Origin: Cirrosporium novae-zelandiae
Taxonomy: Eukaryota
Length of the DNA: 64,000 bases
Direction of reading: 5' to 3'
NCBI GenBank assembly: GCA_026023565.1
Contig: JAPETS010000001.1
Span: 62,001-126,000, forward strand
Position numbers and translations under genes: made by a program. Positions 1 to 11,400 of this stretch are shown here, piece by piece; the first letter of the stretch is position 1, and each line of letters begins with the position of its first letter. The notes beneath the pieces were generated by a model that had not been told where the DNA came from, did no database searches, and saw only the letters and a list, made by a program, of their open reading frames with translations.

Positions 1-567
1 TATAAATTTCCAAAGTTTTTGGAGAGTTGAGGGTGGGAGGAGGAAGAGGAGGAGGAGGCGGGTGATTTCCTTTTCTTTCCTCGGGGTGTTTTTTTTTTAT
101 CAAGTTAACTAATTATTTCAATTCTTTATATATTGTATTGTATTGTGTTGTACATGTACACGAAACGTACGTACGTATATACGTAAAGGGGGGATATCTC
201 TTAACACAACCTGAAAAGAAAGGGTTTCAAAAAAATAGAAAGCAAGTATTCCTGCTCTGTAAAGTACTGTACATGTACATAATCCCGCGCCTGTTGAGAT
301 GGTTTCCGTGAATCATTCATAACTAACATAGGGGGGACTCGGTTGCTTTTTCTTGCGGTCGTCATTACAGAAGGAATTAATATGTCGTGTATGGGCGCCT
401 TTTAATTGCGCGTGTTATGTTGTTGGGGCTAGGGCTTTCTGCTCTTGTGGTTTGGGGATGGGTGTTGGTGTGGATGATCTTTCCCTTGATCCGGTATAAA
501 TTTATCCATAAAGGGCCCATCTCATCTCATCTCATCTCCAACTAGCTAGCTCCCTTGACCAATTCAA

Positions 568-1230
568 TTATTCCTCAACATCAAAGCTTGTCCCACACCC
601 ACAGCTACTTTTAGCTCTCGGGTTCCCCACAATCTTGAACTGGCTTCCAATCAGCTCCTGCGTATAATCAACGGTGCTCCCCTTCAGCAGTTCCAAGCTG
701 GGCTCATCCATGACCACCCTTGCTTTTTCTTGACTTCCTTCTGGCGCCTCTTCGAATACCATGTCCCCCTCCTCGGCATTGACATCCGACCCAGGCACGA
801 GGGACATGAGGTATTGGAAACCGTGACAGCCTCCCGACGTTACGGACACGCGCAGGTGAAGGTTGGGGTCGTGGTCTTGGGATTGGATTTGCAGTAGACG
901 GGAGGTGGCGCGCGGGGAGATGTAGATTGTATTCGGGATATCATCTTCGGAGATCGAGGTGGAGATGTCCGGCGGAGGAGGGGTGGTCGGGGAAGGTGGA
1001 GTGGGGCTCGTGGGTGCTGGTTGGGTTGTGAGGAGCCGTCGAGGGACCCCGAAAGAATATGAGGGCGGTAATCTTCTCGTTTGTAAAGCGGAAGATGAAG
1101 TACGCAGATATTGTTCACGGATTTTGGTGTGGAGTTGGCGGCGACAGGCCGAGCATAGTGTTTGGGATGATTGGAAATGAAGGTGGTGTAGCCTGGGGCG
1201 GATGCGGGAGAGCGGTGCTGATGCAGACAT
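568..1230 (-). CDS. ISA2: Mitochondrial A-type Fe-S cluster assembly protein (IscA/HesB family)
   Basis: Single-exon 220 aa ORF; Arg/Ser-rich presequence-like N-terminus; GGCHGFQY and C-terminal SSCGCGTSF motifs. Confidence 0.93.
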   Translation of the reverse strand: MSASAPLSRIRPRLHHLHFQSSQTLCSACRRQLHTKIREQYLRTSSSALQTRRLPPSYSFGVPRRLLTTQPAPTSPTPPSPTTPPPPDISTSISEDDIPNTIYISPRATSRLLQIQSQDHDPNLHLRVSVTSGGCHGFQYLMSLVPGSDVNAEEGDMVFEEAPEGSQEKARVVMDEPSLELLKGSTVDYTQELIGSQFKIVGNPRAKSSCGCGTSFDVEE

Positions 1231-1883
1231 GTTGATAAAGATGATAATGCTGATGGAACGATCAATCCGTTCTGCTTCGGAATGTCGTGGCTCTCATATG
1301 TTAATCGAGGAGGTGTACTGTCTTGTTCTATAAAAGAATTTCCGTCCTGTGATAGAACGGCGGGATGTTGAGCGACTCGAGTAGATGATGTCGGCGGAGG
1401 TGTGGAAAAGCCGACGGGCGGAAAATGACGGCAGAAAGAGAGAATTGTTAGGAAGAAGACGGAAGATGATTAATCCAATAACGTCATGTCATGATTGGTT
1501 TAATTCAGGACATTTCTTATCGGGAACCTACTGGCGGGTATTCGCGGGGTAGCCTATAATTGCTAATATTATCAGATCGAGCACCTAGTCTACCCATTTT
1601 ATATATAAATCAGTTGGAAGAGTAAATACCCTCTTGTTTCCTCGCTGCTCAAGAGAAGGTACGTTTTGAGTTTCATTCTGTCTTCCCTTTATCTTCCCTG
1701 TCTCTGGTCCTGTATCTCTCTTTCCTTCACACTCAGTCTTGATATTGTATCTTTCTAAGAAGATAGCTTTTCCCCACCTCACTTGATTAGAGACTGTAGA
1801 TGCCCTGTCTATTGATTACTATATCAGGCTGTTCTATTATATACTTAACACTATTTGCAAATTGTGTTCATCTCAAAACTAAC

Positions 1884-3380
1884 ATGAGTAGGAAACGGGC
1901 CGCGCCTGGATGGATTCCGCACGGGATACGTACTCTATCGGCAATGGCAAAGCTTTTCGTGGAAGAATCTTTTCCTACAAGAGAATATGCTCAATTGAAA
2001 GATGAAGTTGATCCGCTCCATTATCTGAGATCCGAATTCACCATTCCCACACGAGGAGATCTCAAGCGCAAAACCCTTTACAAGACGGATTCGGAGAAGC
2101 TTGAGGACGACGATTCCTCTATCTACTTGTGTGGCAACTCCCTCGGCCTCCAGCCAAAATGCCTGCCTGCGTACATCAATGCACAGCTTGCTGCTTGGGC
2201 TACTAAGGGTGTCGTCGGACATTTCGTCGAGCATTCAGACTCTCCTGTCCCACCATTCCTGCATGTTGACGATATTGCAGCTAAGAAGATGGCACCAATC
2301 GTAGGTGCGAAGGACGGAGAGGTTGCAGTCATGGGAAACTTGACAGCAAACCTTCATTTCATGCTTGACAGCTTCTACCGACCTGATGGGGAAAGGACGC
2401 AAATAATAATGGAAGAAAACGCGTTTCCTAGTGATCGGTATGCCGTGGAGTCGCATATCATTTCTCGTGGCCTCGATCCGTCCAAGAACCTCATCCTTAT
2501 TCCCTCATATCCCACCCTTTCCATCCCAGCTATTTTAGATACCATCACAGCTCACACCAAAACAGCAGCCTTGGTCCTCTTTGGTGGCGTTCAATATCTC
2601 ACAGGCCAACTTCTTCCAATGAAGAAGATAGCAGCACATGCGCACATGTACGGCATAACAACCGGCTTTGATCTTGCCCACGCGGTGGGAAACGTACCAC
2701 TTTCCCTTCATGATTGGGATATTGACTTCGCTGTCTGGTGCAGCTACAAATATCTCAACGCCGGCCCTGGCGCCATTGCAGGCCTCTTTATACACGAGAA
2801 ACACGATTTTGTGCAACCTGGATGCACAGAAGGAAACGAAACTACAGCAATAAAATATCGACCGCGTCTGAGCGGATGGTGGGGCGCGGACAAAGCATCC
2901 CGCTTTGCCATGTCTCCCCATTTTGTTCCTCGGCCAGGAGCAGCAGGCTACCAGCTCTCAAACCCATCCTGCATCGACATAGCCTCGCTGCTCGCCTCAC
3001 TTTCCATCTTTGAAAAAACGTCGATGAGTGAGCTAAGAAGCAAATCTGTGGGCCTAACAGAATACCTGGAAGACCTGCTGTGGAATCATCAGCCAGCCTG
3101 GACCGTCTCGACCCCCGCCCCGTTTAAAATCATCACGCCTAATGATCCCCAGGAGCGTGGCGCGCAGCTCAGTCTTCAGTTTGATAATCCGAAATTGCTG
3201 GAGAAGATGTTGGCGGGGCTCGAGAAGGAGGGTATTATTGTTGATGAGCGGAAGCCGGATGTTATTCGTGTTAGTCCGGCGCCGTTGTATAATTCGTATG
3301 AGGATGTGTGGGTTTTTTGTCACGCTTTTTGGGGGATTTTGCACAGCATCATGTTTCCGGATAAGCGAGGGGGTGGGTAA
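1884..3380 (+). CDS. BNA5: Kynureninase (PLP-dependent)
   Basis: YLCGNSLGLQP, AFPSDRYA, FDLAHAVGN, WCSYKYLNAGPG (PLP lysine), RVSPAPLYNS; start uncertain (1800, 1884 or 1944). Confidence 0.95.
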   Translation: MSRKRAAPGWIPHGIRTLSAMAKLFVEESFPTREYAQLKDEVDPLHYLRSEFTIPTRGDLKRKTLYKTDSEKLEDDDSSIYLCGNSLGLQPKCLPAYINAQLAAWATKGVVGHFVEHSDSPVPPFLHVDDIAAKKMAPIVGAKDGEVAVMGNLTANLHFMLDSFYRPDGERTQIIMEENAFPSDRYAVESHIISRGLDPSKNLILIPSYPTLSIPAILDTITAHTKTAALVLFGGVQYLTGQLLPMKKIAAHAHMYGITTGFDLAHAVGNVPLSLHDWDIDFAVWCSYKYLNAGPGAIAGLFIHEKHDFVQPGCTEGNETTAIKYRPRLSGWWGADKASRFAMSPHFVPRPGAAGYQLSNPSCIDIASLLASLSIFEKTSMSELRSKSVGLTEYLEDLLWNHQPAWTVSTPAPFKIITPNDPQERGAQLSLQFDNPKLLEKMLAGLEKEGIIVDERKPDVIRVSPAPLYNSYEDVWVFCHAFWGILHSIMFPDKRGGG

Positions 3381-3552
3381 GGACCTCAAGTATTTTGTGC
3401 ATTCATTAGATTATTCAAGAGATACTTGTGAAATACAAGTAGTTTCGGGTTTCCAAACTAGTAATGATATAAACATAAACTGTAATATTCCAAAATCCTT
3501 TTCATGCCATCAATACCGGATATCCCATGCCATTTACCCAAACAAACATGAA

Positions 3553-6500
3553 TCATTTCATCGCAAACCCAAACAAGCTATCCATAGCAACCCACTGGCG
3601 TCCACACTTGCCCAAATACCCGTCCACAACCCCCTTCACCTTCCCAAACCTCTCCCGATTCCACTCCGCCAGCGCCTCCACCTTCTCCCTCCGCTCCCTC
3701 TTCTCCTCCTCCACCTTCCCCTCCCCGCTCAACGCCGCCTTCCTCGCCACACATTCCTTGGCTTTATCCACATCCCACAGCCCCGCATAGTACAACAGCT
3801 GACTATACAGTGCCTTTTCCGAATACTCGTACTGCATGCGGCCGAGGCACCCTGACGCCAGGCCCTTGGGCCCCAGGCATCGGTGTCCATACACGCTCAT
3901 CTGGCGCGTGCGCGCCCCGCACGACGGGTCGTCGCAGATCAGCCAGCCCTCGTAGTATCGAGCTGTTTGGATGCGGATCTGGTGTTCTAGCTGTGCGATC
4001 GTCGAGAGGATCGAGATGGGCGTTTTGCAGGTTGGGTTTGAGCAGATGAGACCCTGTGGGGAGACCATGTCTGGGGTGGTGGCAAGACCCTCGAAGGGGG
4101 TGCTGGTGTGGCAGTGGCGGCAGGTGAGGGAGAGGCGTGCGGCGTCTTTGAAGCGGATTTCATCTGGGATTTGGGATTCGAGAGGGTGGATGTCTGCGTT
4201 TTGGTTTGTGGTGCCTGCGGTGTTGATTTGGTATTTGCGAGTGTCGAGGCCGAGGCATTCGGCTAGACGCACGCTGTCGGTGCCGGCGATGGGGGCGCAG
4301 AGACGCTCGATTGGGGGGAAGATTTGTTTGAGGAGGTAGTATTCTACGTCGGGGTGTAGGTCGGAGGATGGGGCGAGCACGTCCTGCGGGGAGTAGGCGC
4401 GTTTGGGGGCGGGCGTGGTGGTATTTTTGGAGTCGCCCGTTATGATGAAGGCCATGACGTCGTTGGCGCGTGGGTTTTTGCCTCGTGCGAGCTCGCGTAG
4501 TGCGACTTGGACTTGCGGCATGCTGTCCGGGTTGGGGTATTCTTTGGGGTTTTTGCCGAGTTTCTGGGGGTGGGAGGTTAGTAATGGGTTTGGGGGGGTG
4601 AGGGAGGGGAGGGAAGGGGAGGGGGGGTTGCTTACTGTGTAGATGATGTATTTTTGAACGGGGATGGTGTTTTCTCTCATTTTCTGGGACAGGTCGCAGA
4701 GGTATTCGTGGATACGACCAATGGCTACTTCTTGCTCTTCACCGGATAAGATCTCGTTGAGGAGTGTTGATGACACTTCTTTAGACAAGGCACAGTATTC
4801 TCTTCGCTTCATGTCTAGACCCTTGACCTCAAGCTTCTCGATATACTTTCCGTTTACTTCTGTCATGTTGATTGCAGCGTACTTCTTCTTCGCATGCAGC
4901 AGTAAACGTCGGAACACGTTATCGATATCGATTTCTAGAAGCCTGTATCGATCGTTGACCAGCTTCTTGAATTCGTTGCCAATCTTCAGGGCCTCCTCAA
5001 GAGTTTTGGCGTTGCTGTTGACCATGACGGAATCAGTATCTCCGTAGACAACATGGAGTTGGTTGCTTTCAGCTAGTTCTTTTGTGCTTCGCAGAATTTC
5101 TCTGCCTTTAAAGGTGGTGAGCATGGCTAAAGGCCGAGCGTAGAATCGTGACTGGGTGTATCCCAAACAACCGTACATAGAGTTGGCCGTAAGTTTCAGC
5201 GCCATCTGCTTGATATCCCAGGTTGCGATTTGGTCCGGGGTAGCAGTTCTGTCCTTCATAAGTTTCTTGACCTCTCTTCTCCGAGAGACAAGAGTCTTGA
5301 TCAGTTTTGGAAGAATACCTTGCGGTTGGTCGATTGGAACTTCTGGCACCTTCTCCTCGTTCTCATTTTCAGACGTCTCCGAACGATCCACTGTGGTGAA
5401 GCAGATGTTGAACTCTTGGATGATACTGGGATATAGACTGTTAAAGTCCATAACCAGGATATACTTGTCGTAGAGCCCTTTTTCGGGTTCGAAGACAAGT
5501 CCTCCCTTGTATTTATCCTTCTTCTTTACATCGACTGCAACATCTCCATCGGGTAGGTCTTCCTCGACCTTTTGTTTTCCTCTTCCATAGGACTTGTCGG
5601 GGCAGATGTACTTATTTCGATGAAATTCGTGTAGTAGAATGTATTCATTTCGTTCGGCTCTCGTGCCACTCAAGGTTCTGGCCCAAGAATTTCCGGCAAG
5701 GTTGGTCAATTGTTTCGTCAACGGAAGCATTTGGATTTTCCTTGCGAGAGCAGCAATAAAGAATGTATCTGCTTCGCAATGGTTAACGTAATTCATTAAT
5801 CCGTCTCGAGATGTTGCCCATGTTTTTAGTGCAGCTTCATTATCGATATCACGTCGTGTATGGTCATCATGCAGATAGAGTTGACACATTTCTGTCAAGC
5901 TCCATGAATTACATTTGCTCATCATCGACTTGCCCATGTCGTTGGCAAGATCACACATCAGGCGCCCAGCAACAAGTTGTCGTTCAGTGAACCAACTACT
6001 ACCTCCTTTTCCAAAATTCTTTGGCCAGTCGCTCCTTTTCATCCGACCAATTCGATGCCACCCCGGAGTCCTACGTTCTCGCATACGGCTTAGTAGAACA
6101 CTGTAGTCGACCTCTTGGAATTGATGGCCGATGAGAACGTCGGGATCAGCCCTGTCAAGCATGGCCAGAAATTTGCTCAGGAGAAACTGTTCACTCTTTT
6201 CTAGCATCAGAGTCCCGCGATGTTTCTTAGCCTCTACTTCAAACCCCATAGGATATTGATGTTCAATAGGTCTCATGATGGTAAATGTCCTGCAAGGTAG
6301 CTGCTCTGTTGGAGTTTTGTCATTGAGGGAGACACCATCATAAACTCTAGCACTTGCGAGAAGGATCTCTTGCTTGTTTTCCTTGACGTTTAATTTTGTT
6401 CGCAAGGAAATGCTCATGAGGGTTAAAGGCGGGGCGTCTAAGTGGTCCGAGTCGCCCATAATTGTGATCAAGGAAGGCTTGGAAACTTGCAGCTCTAGCT

Positions 6501-8082
6501 TACACCACGAGGAATTCGTTATAGCAGAAAAGTTTGCCTCCTCTATTCTCAACCAACAAGGACCCATAATATTCTTCCAAAGTACAAATTGTTCGAACAA
6601 GGCTGTATTTGTCCCAAATATATGAGAAAATGTCTCCCCTCTGAGATCCGTTGGTAGAGCTTGTTTGTCGTAAGGGTAGAGGAGTTTGAGGTAGTCTGCT
6701 TCTTTAGGGATATCCACTAGTTCAAAGGCATACTTCCTTGAGCATGACTTTATCTTGTGCATATTGACCCTGAGATTGGTCATCAGGGCATCAACTTCTT
6801 CGTAAACATCTTTCATCATTACTTCCTCATCCGTATCTCGGCCATGCTTTTGCCGATACTCTCGAGGTAAGAAGTAGAGCTTTCTGAGTATATTATCAAT
6901 CTTGACAAAAGCACTCTCATAACTTCCAGTCTTCTTATTTTTGACCTTTCCAAACAGGCACAAGCTCCCATTAACTTCGGTGTAGTCAAACCAGAACATC
7001 TGTAGACTTCCGTCTTCCTCGAGAGCATCTTCAGCTTTCATCTTCCCAAAACTCCGAGCCGCTGGTGCAGGACTACTCAACACGTTGAGTTTTTGAGTTA
7101 CATCATTCCATGAGGAAGCATCGACTTCGACCGGAGGGGCCCGGGTCGGAGATGAACCTTCGGGTGATGGATATACTGAAGGCTTTTTGATCTTTGGAGC
7201 AGGTCGTGATCCAGCCATATTGACGCTTGTGGTAGCAAGACCCTCTTGGCCAACAGCCTCTGCTATCATCAACATGTCCTCATCTTCCTCATCCTCTTCT
7301 TTCTTGACTGCAGGATGCGTTTTCCGTTCCACATGCTTTGTAACAGGAGAAGAAGGTAGAACGTCGCTCATCGGTGTATCGTCGTCAAGATCTGGAAATA
7401 CGACGTCATCTATATCCATCTGTGGTTCTGCTGTAAATGTATCGTTGAGGAGCGAGGGGTCGGTCCTTCCCTCTTCTTTAGTTTTAGAGGCATGTCTATT
7501 TTCAGAGATGGGCGGCGACAGCACGCGGACTTTTCGTCTTGCTTGGGATTTGACAGGTCTTGGTTCGGGTCGACGGGTAGGGAGATTGGTATCGACATCG
7601 TTCAAAAGGCCTGCCAGGAAAGCCTCATCGTCCGCAGTTACAACGGGCTGCTTCATGTATCAGCAATGCAGTAGAGGGCTCATGATCTAGGCTCTCACCT
7701 TGGGTTTTGCAGCAACTTTGGGGGCTGTATTATTAAAGTATTTGCTGATCCCATTGGTAATCTTCTGTTGTTTCTCCTCGTCCTCTTCACGCTTTCTCTT
7801 GGCAGCTTTCCCCCTCACAGGTAATTCCTCTTCGCTGGAATAATTGTATAATGGCTCACGGTCTGCTTGCCAATCTTCACGTCCATCATCAGCATACCCC
7901 TCACCATTATCATCTACCACAAAATCGTCTTCATTCAAACGCTGGCGGACAATTTTCTTGTAGGCCTCTTCATCAACTTCATCATAAATTGGTTCGACCT
8001 CCTCTTCGGGTTTCCAGGTCTCAGAACGCTTTTTGCCCCCTGCTCGTAGGGCTCGAAGCTCAGCAAGAGCCTTTGCTGACAT
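3553..8082 (-). CDS. POL1: DNA polymerase alpha catalytic subunit (family B)
   Basis: Exons 8082-7699, 7647-4636, 4563-3553; DFNSLYPS, KLTANSMYGCLG, YGDTDS, KKKYAA; C-terminal Cys clusters; N-terminal DDFVVDDNGEGYADDG. Confidence 0.97.
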
Positions 8083-8164
8083 TTTTGCAAAGTCAATTGG
8101 CGTAGTTGGTGTTTTGGGAATTGTAGGATGATTATCGGGGTTTACGGGGAAGGTTGATAATTTG

Positions 8165-8235
8165 ACGCGAGATGAGGGAACGCGTCGTGCACGTCCTGGA
8201 ATTGATCCACAATTACGAAGTGACGCGCTGATTGG
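8165..8235. promoter_or_regulatory. MCB-like (ACGCGT) G1/S elements and CCAAT box upstream of POL1
   Basis: ACGCGA 8165-8170, ACGCGT 8180-8185, ACGCGC 8223-8228, ATTGG 8231-8235, all 80-155 bp upstream of the POL1 ATG. Confidence 0.7.
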
Positions 8236-8455
8236 CCACCAACATTTATACATTTAATCCACCATTTTATGTCTACACCAATGGCCTGTATAGCTTTACT
8301 AACTCAATAATATACCAGAAGTGGAATTCATTCGAAGAGGGGTATTATGTTTATTTATCACTAACTAGTTAATGGAATACACTGAAAGCACATAGAACAT
8401 TATCATCCTTTTGCCAACTCCAACACCCGACTTTGATTCCTTTTTTTCCGCGACG

Positions 8456-11400
8456 TTAATTCCCCCCACCCGTTTCAATCAATTTACTCTTTGCAGCAAC
8501 TGTCTCCGACAGCGCGTTCAGACTCTTACTCTGCAATACATCGAAAACAGAAATCTCTGCCTTGGCCTGGCTCAACAACCAATTCCTCAACTCCACAGCA
8601 ACAAGGGAATCAACCCCATAGCTGACAATCGGCTCCGTGGCACTGATATCCGCTTCAGGAATCATGAAGTCCTCTGATAGTTTCGCTACAATGGCTTTGC
8701 AAATAAAATCTACAGCTTCAAGTGTGGATGTAGCACCGGAAAGCTGGGCCTGTAGGTTGAGACCACCGCTTTTTAGGTCGGTTGAGGAGGATTGCCGACC
8801 GTTCATTTCAGCCAGGGATGCAAATCGCGGATCACGGCCGAATGCCGTGTCTGATTGGCCACCGGCACCGAGGCCGGTGATGACTTGAGACGAGTTTTGT
8901 TCACGAACCGGATTTGTTATGGCGGATTTGACCATTGCGAGGACTTCTTCCTCGCGGATGGTGAGATATCCCTGCTTAGCCATCCTTGCAGCAATGTCAT
9001 CGTGTTCAGAAACAAACCCTACCCCTTCGATAACCCCCAAATCGAGAGTAACTGCGGATTGACCTTGAGCTATGCGGTAACGCGCAATAGCGTCTAGGAA
9101 GGCACCTCCAGCTCCGTAGTTTGATTGGGAGTTATGGCCTGCAACGCCGACCATAGAAGATAGCATGACAAAGAAGTCAAGACCAGTTGAAAACTGGGAG
9201 TGAAGATTCCATGTCCCTTGGACTTTGGGTTGTAAGGCACCGACGTATTGATCATGGGACATGTGTTCGAAGATGCAGTCTTTGAGGACCATGGCAGCTT
9301 GAATTACGCCTCGAACTGATGGGTTAGTTTTGGAGTACTCTTCTATGGCACTTGCCAGTTTACCCTGGTCAGTAATATCGCAGCTAAGAAGAGTAGCATT
9401 GCAGTTAAGATCTTTCAAGTCATCTTGGATCGCTTGTGCATTTGGATGGGTTGCTGCACTTCGAGAAAGAAGAAGAAGATTCTTAGCTCCTTGTTTTGCC
9501 ATCCAGTAAGCTATTGATCGGCCAATACCTCCCACGCCTCCAACAATAAGGTAAGATGCGTCATCTCTGAACTCGACTGGCCGCTTTGCTGGTAATGCCT
9601 TCACGCGGTCCTCTGGGTGCGGCACAATTATGAGTTTTCCCCTATGTTTTCCTGCTTGCATCAGACGAAGACCACGCTCTAGATCTGAGATGGGTATGAT
9701 TTGAAGAGGAGTAACAGGATTGACGATTTTCTTTCCAAGGAGATCCATCACATTTGCGATAACCCTGGAGTATATCTTGGGTCGGTACTTGAGAAGATAA
9801 AACAAGTTAACACCGTAAAAGGACACATTTCGTCCAAAGGGTGCCATATCGAGGCGGCTGTGAAGCACCATATCACGAGCTCCAATTTCAATAAAGCGTC
9901 CGCATGGGGATATGCAGTTCCATGTCTCCTCCAACATCTCTCCAGCAAGGGAATTCAATATTACATCAACCCCGTTGTTGTCAGTGATGGCCATGATCTC
10001 CCGGGCGAATGTGGTATCTCGACTCCAGAAGATATGATCTGCAGGGATGGCATACTTGTCCATAATGAAATCTCTCTTTTCATCTGTACCCACTGTGACA
10101 AATATCTCTGCACCAACGTTCTGTGCAAGCATAATGGCCGCTTGGCCTACGCCTCCTGAAGCTGAATGGATGAGAACCTTTTCACCCTTCTCGAGTTTTG
10201 CAAGCTCATATAATGCGTAATATACTGTACTGAAAATGATTGGTATTGAAGTGGCCACCTCAAATGTCATACTTTCTGGAACGAGGCCAAGTGCAGTCTC
10301 AGGCACGCGGACGAAGTTGGCGTAGAACCCTTGCATAGAAATACAAACCCTATCTCCAGGTTTGAATTTGGAAACAGCACTTCCAATTTTTGTGACAATA
10401 CCACTGGCCTCACAGCCAAGGAAGTTGGTATCTAGTTGGCCCATGGCTGTCATAACATCGCGGAAATTCATACCAAAGGCCTTAGGCTCAACCTCAACAA
10501 AGTCAGGAGGAAGTGGTTTTCCCACTTCTGGATCATCGACAAATCTAATGGTATCTAGTAAGCCTGGTGTGCCTACCTCAACGCGTAGCGGGCGGCCAGG
10601 CTGGTAGAATGGTTGGTCTTCGGCAACCGGAACCCTGATTTCGGAGCCAACAGCATCATTCATCGTTGAATCTTCGAAAACTCTCGGGATTGAAACGAGG
10701 CCATCTCTCACCGCGAATTCAAGATCTTGTTTATCCTCTTCGGATGCGAAATTGAACGAGCGATTGAAGATGTCGAGGAGGAATTTGGCGTTTGTGTCGG
10801 TGTACGGGTCCTCCTTGGGATCAAGATCTAGAGTAACATATTTTGTGCCTTGGTTTTCACTTCGCAACGTTCGAACAAGTCCGGAAATAAGGCTGTCTTT
10901 TGGTCTTTCACACTCTATGGCTCCACCCCGAGATAACCACATAACACCCTTTGCGGAGGTAAGTAGACGCCTAAGGGCAAGGAACTCAGCAGAATTTAGG
11001 TTGTCAAGGATGGTCTGTTCAAGTTCATTGATAAATATGCAAACTTTACCACTTCCTTCTGCATCCGTAAAGCTCTCGAGCGTTACCGATTTCTCAGTGA
11101 TAGTGGCCAAAGATGACTTCAAGGACTCGGCCCAAGAATTTGATAAGTGTGTCTTTCCGTGAATAATCACCGTCTCCGGGTAATCGGGCTGTGGCTTATC
11201 GGCAACAGCGCTGGAAAAGATTATGCTAACAATATGATCTCTTTCTTCTGGGCAGTCTTGTACGCAAGCATCAAGTCCGCTAAAATTGGTACGAAGTAGA
11301 AGCTTCTCCCATTCTGGACAGGACAGTTGAGGGCTAAACGCCCTTTCGGGTTCTTCGCTCAACCACCATCCAGGGAGTGTTCCAAAGACGATAGAAGTCT

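Noticed and set aside
3142..7690. Numerous + strand ORFs overlapping the kynureninase 3' end and antisense to POL1
   Set aside because: Shadow frames of long coding sequences; no recognisable motifs
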